A stretch of 64,000 nucleotides of DNA, taken from positions 209,374,001 through 209,438,000 of the forward strand of contig OZ024742.1 in the NCBI GenBank assembly GCA_964016885.1, written 5' to 3'. Made by a program: the position numbers and the translations under genes. Within the stretch, counting starts at the first letter, position 1. Every line of letters begins with the position of its first letter. This DNA comes from Eledone cirrhosa (lineage: Eukaryota). A model generated the notes under the pieces. That model saw nothing but the letters and a program-made list of their open reading frames with translations. It had not been told where the DNA came from and did not search any database. This document shows, in pieces, positions 45,201 to 55,850 of this stretch.

Positions 45201-46363
45201 TCCCGAGCTGTGTCTATTATTAGGTACAGTGCGGGAATTCTGAGATGGAATGTTGCTGAACAAAAAGAAATGGATAGGAAGACTAGGAAGCTATTGACTA
45301 TCTACAACATGTTCCACAAGAGGAGTGATGTCGATAGACTCTACCTAAGGAGATCTGAGGGTGGAAGAGGTCTTATCAGCATAGAGGACTGTGTTCAGAT
45401 GGAGAAAAACAACCTATACAAATACGTGACCTATAGTAAGGAGCCAATGCTCAGAGCTGTACTGAAGGAGGGGACAGTAGGCCAGGGGATACCCAAGGAG
45501 GAAATAACATCAAGGAGGAAGAGCAGCCTTAAGGGAAAATCCCTTCATAGTACCTTCTTTGAGAAAACTGAATTTAGAGATCCACAGACATGGAACTGGT
45601 TGAGAAGAGGAGACCTCAAAAAGGCTACAGAAGGAATGCTAATGGCTGCGCAGGAGCAGGCCCTCAAAACGAAGTGGTTGAAGCACCATATCTACAAGGA
45701 GGAGGCTAGCCCACTGTGCAGGATCTGTGGAGAGAGAGAGGAGACTGTGGCTCACATTGTGTCCGAGTGTAAACACCTAGCCCAGACCCACTATAAGGGC
45801 TGGAGACACGATGTGATGGGCAGGGTGATCCACTGGCACCTGTGCAAAGTAAACAATCTACCACATTCTGAGAAATGGTATGAGCATAGGCCAGAGGCGG
45901 TGATGGAGAACAGTCAGGTGAAGGTGCTGTGGGATTTTAGGATACAGACGGACAAAAAACTGGAACACAATAGACCTGACCTGGTGGTTGTGGACAAAGA
46001 AAAAAGATCGTGCCTGATTGTGGATGTGGCCTGCCCGTTCGACACGAGAGTGCAAGAGAAGGAGAGGGAGAAAATTAACCGATACCAGGACCTAAAGTGG
46101 GAGGTGAAAAGGATTTGGAACTGCCATGAAGTCAAAGTGATCCCGATTGTCATAGGCGCACTGGGGACTATCTCCAAAGGTTTCCAGGGATGGTTAAAGA
46201 AAATCGGCCCCTTCACGCTTTTTGGAACGCTTCAAAAGGCATGCTTGCTTGGAACGGCAAGAACCCTCCGATACGTCCTGAATATCTGAGGCTGCAGGTA
46301 GTGGCTTGATATTCAATCCAACGGACTTTCCAGTTAACCAACATCAATGACTGAGATTCAAGG
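42237..46363 (+). mobile_element. Full-length R4/Dong-clade non-LTR retrotransposon in (TAA)n; 5' boundary uncertain (42237-~42720)
   Basis: Single intact ORF, ~75-nt 3' UTR, (TAA)n tail; upstream (AAT)n ends at ~42236. Confidence 0.9.
42897..46289 (+). CDS. 1130-aa RT + restriction-like endonuclease (REL) polyprotein, R4/Dong clade
   Basis: WKSPGPDG, YRPITCL, IDYRKAFD.VPH, GIFQGDSLSPLLF, FMDD, YKYLG, GGRGL, CRICG...ETVAHIVSEC, RHD, RPDL..D....IVDV, K...Y; no stops. Confidence 0.95.
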   Translation: METRTSCDRLSPNRCPLAQQQEPDCQPNTADVGGRRRRKGARTNWTKELNRTVMQCYLKSNPKERGYRRRMHNIWNEIGLFKLDEQKLAGQARVIRTNGWISELELEELSRENGLEMAGVVCQTSEPAGNEGEEVLRTEEPPEADNDLNTEINNTWNRDTATEEMNADGLGQDSVDILNLVVDELNNDSGRPMNLRFVDRKKLKETTAKVNKVIPYLEARSLHQCNNILKATANTVRKLLGIKARGNNRQERAEPWWKKRLSGQIGEMRNDIGKLESLLNGTLKNIGTKNRLEIKYKTRSKKLNIIIEELKQRIVAKSAKIRRYENRVSQYKQNRMFDNNQKMLFGQLEGKERGNDLIPGAEQAKTFWRGIWEQDVRHNAQAGWIETVQREIGEQAQQQTDLSITVETLKGQAKKLTNWKSPGPDGVQGYWIKHLTSLHPKLTAMFNDCLVSGEVPEWLTKGTTVLIMKDRIKGNDVTNYRPITCLPVMWKLLTSIVSEEIYHHLHTNNLLPDEQKGCRKKSRGTKDQLLIDKMVMGNCRRRHTDLAMGWIDYRKAFDMVPHSWITKSLEIFRVADNIRQLLGRSMGSWETELTSTGVSLGSVKIKRGIFQGDSLSPLLFVLALMPLTIMLRKVRAGYKLGRGELTINHLLFMDDLKLFGKSEKELDVLVDTVRIFSSDICMQFGIGKCGVIVMRRGRLSRSNGIQIPTGEMIKEIDSEEGYKYLGVLEADGIKNKKMKELLRTEYIRRVRSVLKSHLNSRNAISAVNSRAVSIIRYSAGILRWNVAEQKEMDRKTRKLLTIYNMFHKRSDVDRLYLRRSEGGRGLISIEDCVQMEKNNLYKYVTYSKEPMLRAVLKEGTVGQGIPKEEITSRRKSSLKGKSLHSTFFEKTEFRDPQTWNWLRRGDLKKATEGMLMAAQEQALKTKWLKHHIYKEEASPLCRICGEREETVAHIVSECKHLAQTHYKGWRHDVMGRVIHWHLCKVNNLPHSEKWYEHRPEAVMENSQVKVLWDFRIQTDKKLEHNRPDLVVVDKEKRSCLIVDVACPFDTRVQEKEREKINRYQDLKWEVKRIWNCHEVKVIPIVIGALGTISKGFQGWLKKIGPFTLFGTLQKACLLGTARTLRYVLNI

Positions 46364-46375
46364 AATAACAATAAC

Positions 46376-46404
<29 letters not shown>

Positions 46405-46406
<2 letters not shown>

Positions 46407-47176
46407 CTTTCTTTATTAACCACAAGGGTTTACACAAAGTGAGACATTAAGGACAGTACAGGACAATACAGGACGGTAAAAATGGTCAATTTCTGCGTGT
46501 AAAAAAAACAAAAACAAAGGATGTAACAAAAAAGAACAATGAAAAATTCCCCAATAATAATAATAATAACGGTTGTTATTGGCCACAAGGGCCGATATAT
46601 ACAGGACAATACAATAGACGGGGACAATGGGGGTTTTACACAATAATCGAGTAAAAATAGGTAAACAATAACACTCAGGTTTGACACAGCTACCCCACCA
46701 ATCCTGAACCACCCGACGCCTCGAGGGCACTCTTCTCCTCCTCAAATTCACCAGCCTACAGGCCAACTCACACGGGCCATTCTCGCCACATCACCCACCT
46801 TTCAGCAAATGTACTGGGAGCAGCACTTCTCTTTCCATCCTCACCTTCCTTTCCAAGTGAAACTGGAAAAGGTTGATGAGGGATTGGCGTAAGAGAATGT
46901 CTTCAGGTCTGATTTGGAGAAGAATCTCCAAACCAGTCCCGGACCACCCCTCTCTCTTAAAAATTTAACGTTAAGGCGCGTGTCAGGGCCCTCTACCGCC
47001 ACGCATCTCAGGAGCCACCATAAATCTAGTTCTGGTGGAATCCTGGGCACACGGACCCTTACTGTTCTCCCCCCCCCCCCCCCCGTAGGACGGGTACAAA
47101 ATAATTTGGTCCGTTTTGCGGAAAATTTATCACTTTTGCGGAGCTCCAAAAAGACGTCTATACTGTCTGACAGCCA
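46405..47176 (-). mobile_element. 3' fragment of a third Tx1/L1 relative, in (AAT)n
   Basis: cccacctttcag-aa-t-tactggg..ctct-tcca-tc similar to 28079-28140 and 32025-32090; minus-strand aataaa at the terminus. Confidence 0.6.
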
Positions 47177-47879
47177 ATAATAATAATTGTTTCTTATATA
47201 GGCACAAGGTCAGCAATTTTGTGGTAGGGAATGTCGATTAAATCGACCCCAGTACTTGACTGACATTTATATGACGAAAGCAAAGCGGTATAGCAGAATA
47301 TATTAACGCAGATAGGATGCACATAATCACACCATAGTCAATATCCTGTAAGATGCAAGAGAGGTGTAAGTGTAAAGAGAGAAAAAATAAATTGAAAATA
47401 ATGATTTTTGCTCCCTAAGATATCAAAATCATGAATTTAAAAAACGTCTGAATTTTGTTCCACAGCATATCATTTCTTAAGATTTTAACACTAGGAAAAT
47501 TTGTGGCGACTGATTTTTAGTTCTATTTTGGGATATATAGCTATTAGATTTTTTTCTTAGATATAGGGAACATGGCTGTCTTTATGACGTGATAGGGCTA
47601 AACCTTCCTCGATTTAATGTAGATGTAAATACATGTGCATATCAAATATTATCAACTACATTTATTAAGCATTACACACATACACACAAACACCCGTGAA
47701 CTGAAGAACCATTTCCACGGATAATATTCACCTTCATATATGTACAAATTAACTGACATACTTACAAATCCCAAGAACTGACTTGACACAAATGAAAAAG
47801 ACTGGTCCCTTCGTTAAACACCGGCTTTGGTTCTGAAAACCAATTAACTGAATCGCAAAGAAAGCGTGCATGATTACAT

Positions 47880-48487
47880 GGTGGCTGCCAACTCGTTTTC
47901 GAGTACGGCCACTACTTTATATCCATGTAGGAGAACCCCTACCGATACGCTGAACGAGTGTGACTTTTTAGTCCAGCCAGCGACTTGAAAACTCTGGTAC
48001 AAACACTACACCTGTGACAATTATTGACACATAGTGCTGGGCCCATGGTACCATGTGACGACAACTGCAGAGAGATCTCCAGATATAAAGCAATGCCTGT
48101 GCTGTGAAGCTTTTATAGTGAGCAAAGGCACTGCACAAAGCCAGTCCCACTCTCTTAACCAAGATGATATTTACCAAAAAGAAGAACAATTCAACATCAT
48201 TGGATACCATCAGGGTTGCAGGTGTTATATCAGAGTTTTCCTTCTCCTAGAATTCTGCCTTGACAAAGGCTAAGGGGTCATCTCTCCCGGTGATTTTGGA
48301 TGGCTATTGACTCTTAAGAGCTCCTTTGCCTTTTGACAGGTTTTGTTTTTAGTCCTGCAGGATGTCCAAAGCCACCCTCCTCACCAAGAAACCTTGGTGG
48401 GGTTGCCAGTTTAGTCGCCAACGACCCGACCATGAGACAGGTTGTACTGGGATACATGTTACCAGTAGCACCAACTGGTGACCTGAC
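47880..48487 (-). mobile_element. Bipartite RTE-like mini-element (longest copy)
   Basis: Homologous to 5328-5872; 5' end abuts (CATA)n. Confidence 0.7.
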
Positions 48488-48580
48488 ATACATACATACA
48501 TACATACATACATACATACACATATACATACATATATATACATACATACATACATACATACATACATACATACATACACA

Positions 48581-48644
<64 letters not shown>

Positions 48645-48717
48645 CATACATACATACATACATATATATATACATACATACATATATATACATACATACA
48701 TACATACATATACATAC

Positions 48718-48750
<33 letters not shown>

Positions 48751-48817
48751 CATATATACATATATATATACATACATACATATATATATACATACATACA
48801 TATATATATATATATAC

Positions 48818-48851
<34 letters not shown>

Positions 48852-48871
48852 ATACATACATATATATATAT
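48488..48871. repeat. Long compound (CATA)n/(TA)n microsatellite, representative of dozens of (TA)n, (TG)n, (TAA)n, (GATA)n and (GA)n tracts
   Basis: Direct inspection. Confidence 0.95.
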
Positions 48872-49440
48872 GGTGGCTGCCAACTCGTTCTCGAGTACGG
48901 CCACTACTTTATATCCATGTAGGAGAACCCCTACCGATGCGCTGAACGAGTGTGACTTTTTAGTCCAGCCAGCGACTTGAAAACTGGTACAATCACTACA
49001 CTTGTGACAATTATTGACACATAGTGTTGGGCCCATGGTACCACGTGATGGACAAGTGCAGAGAGATCTCCAGATATAAAGCAATGCCTGTGCCGTGAAG
49101 CTTTTATAGTGAGCAAAGGCAATGCACAAAGCCAGTCCCACTCTCTTAACCAAGATGATATTTACCAAAAAGAAGAACAAGTCAACATCATTGGATACCA
49201 TCAGGGTTGCAGGTGTTATATCAGAGTTTTCCTTCTCCTAGAATTCTGCCTTGACAAAGGCTAAGGGGTCATCTCTCCCGGTGATTTTAAATGGCCATTG
49301 ACTCTTAAGAGCTCCTTTGCCCTTTTTGACAGGTTTTGTATTTAGTCCTGTAGGATGTCCAAAGTCACCCTCCTCACCAAGAAACCTTGGTGGGGTTGCC
49401 AGTTTAGTCGCCAACGACCCGACCATGAGACAGGTTGTAC
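48872..49440 (-). mobile_element. Bipartite RTE-like mini-element, tandem copy
   Basis: Near-duplicate of 47880-48448 with (CATA)n/(TA)n on both sides. Confidence 0.7.
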
Positions 49441-49530
49441 ATACATACATACATACATACATACATACATACATACATACATACATACATACATACATAC
49501 ATACATACATACATACATACATACATACAT

Positions 49531-50955
49531 TATTGTCAGAGCCATAGAGAGGCTGTCAATTGGACGATAGTCGAAATCCGAGCAGTTGGTGTTGGAACTC
49601 GAAAAATACTAAACAACACCGGAAACTTCCACAACAACAGTGACATAGACCGCCTTTACTTGAGACGGAAGCAGGGAGGCAGAGGACTAACATCAGTCCA
49701 GACAACATTTGAATGTCGCATCATATCTCTCCGACAACATCTACGAACTTCGAAGCGTAGGAGCCCGTTTCTCAAGCAAGTCTATCTGCATGAAGATCGT
49801 GAGAGTTGGGAAGGAACTCCTTGAGAGATATTCCCTGTGTGATAATCAAAAACTCACACCCAGGGATGTTGCTCAGCAGTATAGCAGTGAATCCATGGAT
49901 GAAAAACTGCATGCTTATCAGCAAAAGATCATGCATGGATATGTTGCCAGGAAGCTCCAGATAAAGAGTAATATAGATAAAGAAAGTAGTCTATCTTGGC
50001 CCAAAAACCGCTATATTGGCTCCCACTTTGAAGGATACGCTTATGCAATCCAAGAACAGGAGATTAACACGAAATACCTGATCCACAAAAGAGATAGGGA
50101 TGCAGGCAAAACACCTAGATGTGATAACAAGTGCAGACTCTGCAGAACTAAAATCGAGGATTTCACCCATGTCATCAGCAGCTGTCTAAAGATGTCATCG
50201 CGGTACTATCTACTTATGAGGCATGATGTAGTGGCCAAAACACTGTACAATGCAGTTCGTAAAAAGATAACCCCGATAATAAACACATTAAAAGCTACAG
50301 CAATGTGGAAGACATCCATGTACATAATATGAAAGAGTACTGATGGAATGTTCCAGTAAAAACCACAATAAAACGCAGGCATAACATACCAGATATTATG
50401 ATATGGGACAGGGAGAAGAAAGCATGCACAGTAGTGGAAATTAGCTGCCCAGCAGATGCCAATATAATAGCAAAGATTAGTGAAAAGGAGAATATTTATG
50501 CAGAACTGATGAGAAATCTGCAGATACCCCACCCTGATTACACCTTCAGATTTATGCCTGTGATTATTGGGGCACTGGGGTATGTTAGTAACTGCCTCAA
50601 TACAAATCTTGAGAAGCTGGGCTTCACAGGAACAGAAAGAACACAACTAGTTAGGAAATTACAAGTACAATCCATTAATGGAACAGTAAAAATATGTAAA
50701 ACATTCCAAAAATGTTGCATCTAATAACTGCATATACACATGTACAGATACAAAGCATATACACATGCACACATACAACTCAAAACATACACATCCACAC
50801 ATATAATAACATCCATATCTATAAATGCATGCATGCATACATAATCTACTTAGTTGATGTTGTGTAAATTCTAATGAGAGAGTCTTGTGTCTATATTAGA
50901 AACCGACTCTCTCTCTATTGGGAAAAAAATTGTGAAATTTTAAAACCAGAAGAAC
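49531..50955 (+). mobile_element. Degenerate 3' part of a second R4/Dong-like family, flanked by (CATA)n
   Basis: FHNNSDIDRLYL.RKQGGRGL, AIQEQEINT, CRLC....E...HVISSC, RHD.V, PDI..WD....VVEISCP, PVIIGALG; 3' UTR hairpin gagagagtc/gactctctc. Confidence 0.85.
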
Positions 50956-52415
50956 ATACATACCTACATACATACATACATATATACATGCATGCATATA
51001 TTTTGTCTGAAAAGAAAATAGCTCGCTCTTATATGTAGGCATAGATGTTTTAATGAATGGATGCGTTAAATGCTGTATGAATAAGCAGATGGAAAACGTG
51101 CGCGTAATATATAGAGTGCATCCAGTACATCGCCTACAAGCCCACGTAGTTAATATTAAAAGAACACATACCCTGGATGGGCAAGTGTATTCATTGATTA
51201 CTGTTTGATGTTTTGTTGAAGAGATGGCATATAGACATTCTGTTATGAGATTCTGGATTATAACTATTATAGACGCCTTCATTTATTGATGTAATTTAAT
51301 TAGGCCATGGCATTAATCGGTCTAAATAATATATCATAACAATTTCAAGTTTGTATTTCCTAAAATAGACAGTGTTATTATTTCTTTTTAATTTCTACAT
51401 CCGATGTCCTCTTTTATCCAAATATATGGGGGTTCTTTCATAAGAGTGCTATACATCTCGGTGCAAATAAACTAGAATTGCACTGATTCACAGAAAATAC
51501 TAACTTGTTTTATGAAAAGATTATTGATTTCTTTTGTTAAATTTGAAAACATGTCTTTATAGAGGAGGGATATAATTGGATGAATCAGCTCTGTTATATT
51601 ATAAGTGCATATTTTATCGACCCTATGCAAAGCCAACCCATGTCAGGATGGAACTCAAAACTGTAAGTGATAAATCAAACTAAAACAATTTAATACACTG
51701 CGTTCTCCCTCGTCGGTATTTCTCTATCAACCACACAGAATCTGATGATAAACATATATTTCTGGTTCTGTCAAGGTACTTTAAATGACCATACCATATA
51801 CTAATTACATTAACCAAATTTTACTATAGTTTCATATGAAAACATATTTTTTTAAACAAAAGGTATCCAGCTTTAAATTGAGCATCTTTATCTGAAGGAT
51901 GTTGTTTTTCTTTATTACAATGAAATTATCAATTGAATATATATGCAAAGCTGCGATTTCCTATGGCATATTCGAAAAATAAAGTAGGTATTACTATATT
52001 ATACAGTATATAAGCTTGCTAGGTTAATTTGTTCATGAACATTATACAGAGAAAGAAACCATTCTTATTGTGGCTGTCAGAGGCAGTTGCATTTCTTTAC
52101 CGCACGCCTATTGGGTCAATTACGATCGAGAAAACATATGATAAAATGGATTCCGCACATAGTGACCCTCCTCTGCCTGTTTAGATGTATAGTGGAACAC
52201 ATTAATTAGTTAATGTATTCTTTCATTAAGACGGAATGATGTGCTTTGAATGATATCTCACTGCTAATTTTAGCATGTTGGGTGAGCTCTTAGAAGTTAC
52301 TGAGCAAAGAAAACATGGTTCGATCAGAGCATGGCTACTGCTTGCTATTCAACACTTTGAACTGAGTACAAATTCGGCCATTATTCAGTACCTTCTCCAA
52401 TAGTCCAACCGTAAC

Positions 52416-52486
<71 letters not shown>

Positions 52487-53243
52487 TTTCTCTCTCTCGC
52501 TCTCTCGCTCTTTCTCTCTCTTTCTTTCCCTCTCTTTTCCACTCTCTCACTCTCTCACTACTTTTCCCACATTTAACAGTATAACGTGACATACATTGTA
52601 GGCTAATGCATTAAATTTACCCTAGTGCCCGGTCATCTATGCCTTCGTTTAGTCAAATTAGTGATATTTTGTTTTTGGAATGGTTTTGTTATTCAAAAGA
52701 TGAAGGGTTTTTTAATTTTCAAATAAACTTGGATGAATTCTGTCAATGTAACAATTACAATGTCTTATGTCTTTGTCTTTCAGTTTCATCAAAAGAAGAA
52801 CGGAAAGAAATTATAATAATAAAACATACGATGATGCCTTAGAAGAAAATGATACAGAGATTTATCCAATTTTCTAAAACTATTACCAAACCAATAATTT
52901 ATTGCAATAGTCATTGTTCCGGTCAGACACAATTTATTTCACTTCCACTAACTTCGTTCGTTTGAAACTCTTTAGAGAGATTCAAAGGAATGAAAATAAC
53001 TATATAAAGGAACAAGAGATTTACATTACTAACAAAAATAATGTTGATTATAATGATGTTTTTGTTGTTGTTGTTGTCGTTGGGGGGCGGTGGTGGTGTT
53101 TGGTGATTCATAGGATGACAATTTTGACAACATTACAGACAAATACAAGGTTGAAATATTCATCAAAATTTGTATAAATATAAAGATGACAATGATTATT
53201 AGCAGACGGTGGCGGGGAGGATAAGGAAGAGCAAACACGCTTT

Positions 53244-53332
<89 letters not shown>

Positions 53333-53335
<3 letters not shown>

Positions 53336-53776
53336 GAGGTTATATTTAATTTGTTGGGATTCAACAAGCTTAAACATTTTTATAACTGATATAAAGCACT
53401 CAACAATTAGTGGAGTAAATATACAATATTAATAAATGGAAACTATATTTATAATCCCATCATTATTTTATTATATATATTTCAAGGGCGACCAAGGTAA
53501 ATTGTAGTGCGCTTTCATCAGATAAAATACATATTTGTTTTATAAATAAATATTGACATACCCGGAAAAAAGACAAGCTTAACGGTTGAAATTCGCTGGA
53601 TAGTCAAGCGAATTTCAACACTTGAGGTTGTCTTTTTTCCGGGTATGTCAATATTTATTTATAAAACAAATCTGTATTTTATCTGATGAAAGCGCACTAC
53701 AATTTACCTTGGTCGCCCTTGAAATATATATAATAAAATAATTATGGTTTTATAAATATAGTTTCCATTTATTAAT

Positions 53777-53782
<6 letters not shown>
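53333..53782 (-). mobile_element. Fold-back element (arms 53420-53597 / 53607-53782) with hammerheads at 53464-53529 (-) and 53675-53740 (+)
   Basis: tattttat CTGATGA aagcgc..gccctt GAAA tatatata ataaaata on both strands; unique tail 53333-53420; (TA)n flanks. Confidence 0.85.
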
Positions 53783-53826
<44 letters not shown>

Positions 53827-54209
53827 TATATATAAGCTTTCGCAATCTTCAGATTCATATTCTCTGGTGACAGACAAGTTTGCAATATTCAACTGTAATG
53901 AGATGGGTAAATTTTGTGCCACTTTTCACTAAATATTGAAAAGTGGCTACAGAATGCTAAATTTTGCAAACTGTATTTCGAGGAATCGGTGTGTAGTTTC
54001 ACTGGATTACTAAAGCTGATTGGTTTAGGCGTTGCGGTTGGTTGAGCATGTCTAACGACTTCTATTTGACCCTAACCAAAGCATCTATTTTTAGAAATGA
54101 TGGAAATAGCATTTTCTAGTAATCATCACCATCAACATCACTTTTATTGTTATTATTGTTGTTGTAGTTGTTAGAGGTGGTAGTCGACATGGTCGTAATA
54201 ATAGTCATA

Positions 54210-55085
54210 GTAGGTGTATTTATTGTTTTATTTAGCTTGGGTTGGAATTTATCAATAAAATTCTTTTCTTTGATTTTTCTCTTGATTTCATTTGGGCTGT
54301 GTAATTTGTATACTACAAAGATTTGGTTGAGGAACAACTGAAAGACACAACATTCTATCATGAAATACCGTCAAATATAGACTACAACATCATGAAGAAG
54401 ATCAAGAACCTGGCTTCAAAATACCACAACTCACTTACTGATAAGGAAAGAGACTACATCACCAATTTTGAGCCAAAATCCAGCAACCTGTATGGCCTAC
54501 CGAAAGTTCATAAGTCAAAAGAAATCCAACTGGCAGTAAAAGAACAAAACAGTGAGTACATTAAATTACTACACCCAAATGACTTAAAACTTAGACCTAT
54601 TATAGCTGGTCCAACATTCCCTACCCACCGTCTAAGCAATTTTGTTGACATTATTTTGAAACCACTATGTATTTACATACCCAAATTCATCCGGGATGAT
54701 ATCGACTTCCTGTCCCATCTTTCCAAAATCACGGCAACGAATTCACTAGTACTTAGTTTTGATGTGGTAAGCCTTTACACCAACATTACACATGATTTAG
54801 GAGTAAAGGCGGTTAAATACTGGGTGGAAAAACATAGAGAAGTGATTCCCACCAGATTCACAGCGCCATTTATATTAGACACAGACAAACTTATTATGGA
54901 AAACAACACTTTCTTCTTCAATAGAAATAATTACATCCAAATTAGAGGCACCGAGATGGGAACGAAGTTTGCTCCCGTCTACGCGAACTCTGTAATGGGA
55001 TACTTAGAACAACAACTCTACCAAGAAATAGAGGAAAATGTATGCTTATCGAGCCCTGTTTGGGTTTTAGTCTTCACATTTATTA
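54210..55085 (+). mobile_element. PLE RT fragment preceded by an inverted GIY-YIG 3' end
   Basis: LYGLPKVHK, RPIIAG, SFDVVSLYTNI, QIRGT.MGTKFAP.YAN; minus strand KEKNFIDKFQPKLN at 54210-54280. Confidence 0.8.
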
Positions 55086-55104
55086 TTATTATTACTATAT
55101 ATAA

Positions 55105-55290
55105 GGGCGGTGGATTGACAGTATCGGTAGAGAGTCGGACACCATGCTTTGAAACATAGAGTTACGTCCCTTTATGATCTGAGTTCAAATCCCGCCGAGG
55201 TTAACTTTGCCATTCATCCTTACGGGGTCGATAAAATAAAGTACCAGTAATGTACTAGGTAATTGCTGGCCTTGTGGCGAAAATAGAAAC
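55105..55290 (+). mobile_element. tRNA-derived SINE in (TTA)n
   Basis: gggcggtggattgacagtatcggtag A-box region, gagttcaaatcc B box, conserved central domain. Confidence 0.8.
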
Positions 55291-55319
55291 AATTATTACT
55301 ATTTATATATATATTTACC

Positions 55320-55605
55320 AAATGAAAAAAAATGAGATGTCCTACACGAGTGTAAGTTTAAGGAAAAAATATGAAATCGAAAATGCAACTGGAGTCTTTT
55401 TTTAAAATATATATATATTTATTTGGTTCCTTTACCGGTTTCGCAGTTCTTGTGCTTTTCAAAAGTAGAATCGAGATGGAGGGTTTGTGGTTTTTCAAAC
55501 CCTCCATCTCAATTCTACTTTTGCAAAGCACAAGAACTGCGAAACCAAATAAATATTTTTTTTTTTTTAAAAGACTCCAGTGGCATTTTCGATTTCATCT
55601 TTTTT

Positions 55606-55610
<5 letters not shown>
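55320..55610 (-). mobile_element. Fold-back element (arms 55359-55486 / 55496-55610) retaining only the 3' half of a hammerhead
   Basis: Reverse-complement arms; minus strand gcGAA-ACCGGT-A; no CTGANGA. Confidence 0.65.
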
Positions 55611-55657
<47 letters not shown>

Positions 55658-55779
55658 AGGAGGTGAGTTTTATTGTAGCACAATAAAGCAATGCAAATAT
55701 CGGATAAGTAGCACTCTACAGTTTGTGGGACTGGAGTATAAATAATATAAGATCAAAAGATGGTTAAAAGAGTTCCAAG

Positions 55780-55850
55780 TATTTTACTATGCGCATTTCA
55801 AAAACAAATATCATCATGAGATCATATCTGCGTTCTCATCAGATAAAATA
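55780..55850 (-). ncRNA. Type-I hammerhead in pseudo-LTR
   Basis: tattttat CTGATGA gaac..tttt GAA-ATGCGCAT-A gtaaaata. Confidence 0.75.

Noticed and set aside
43094-46216. Antisense ORFs over the Dong CDS
   Set aside because: Shadow frames of the real ORF with no motifs
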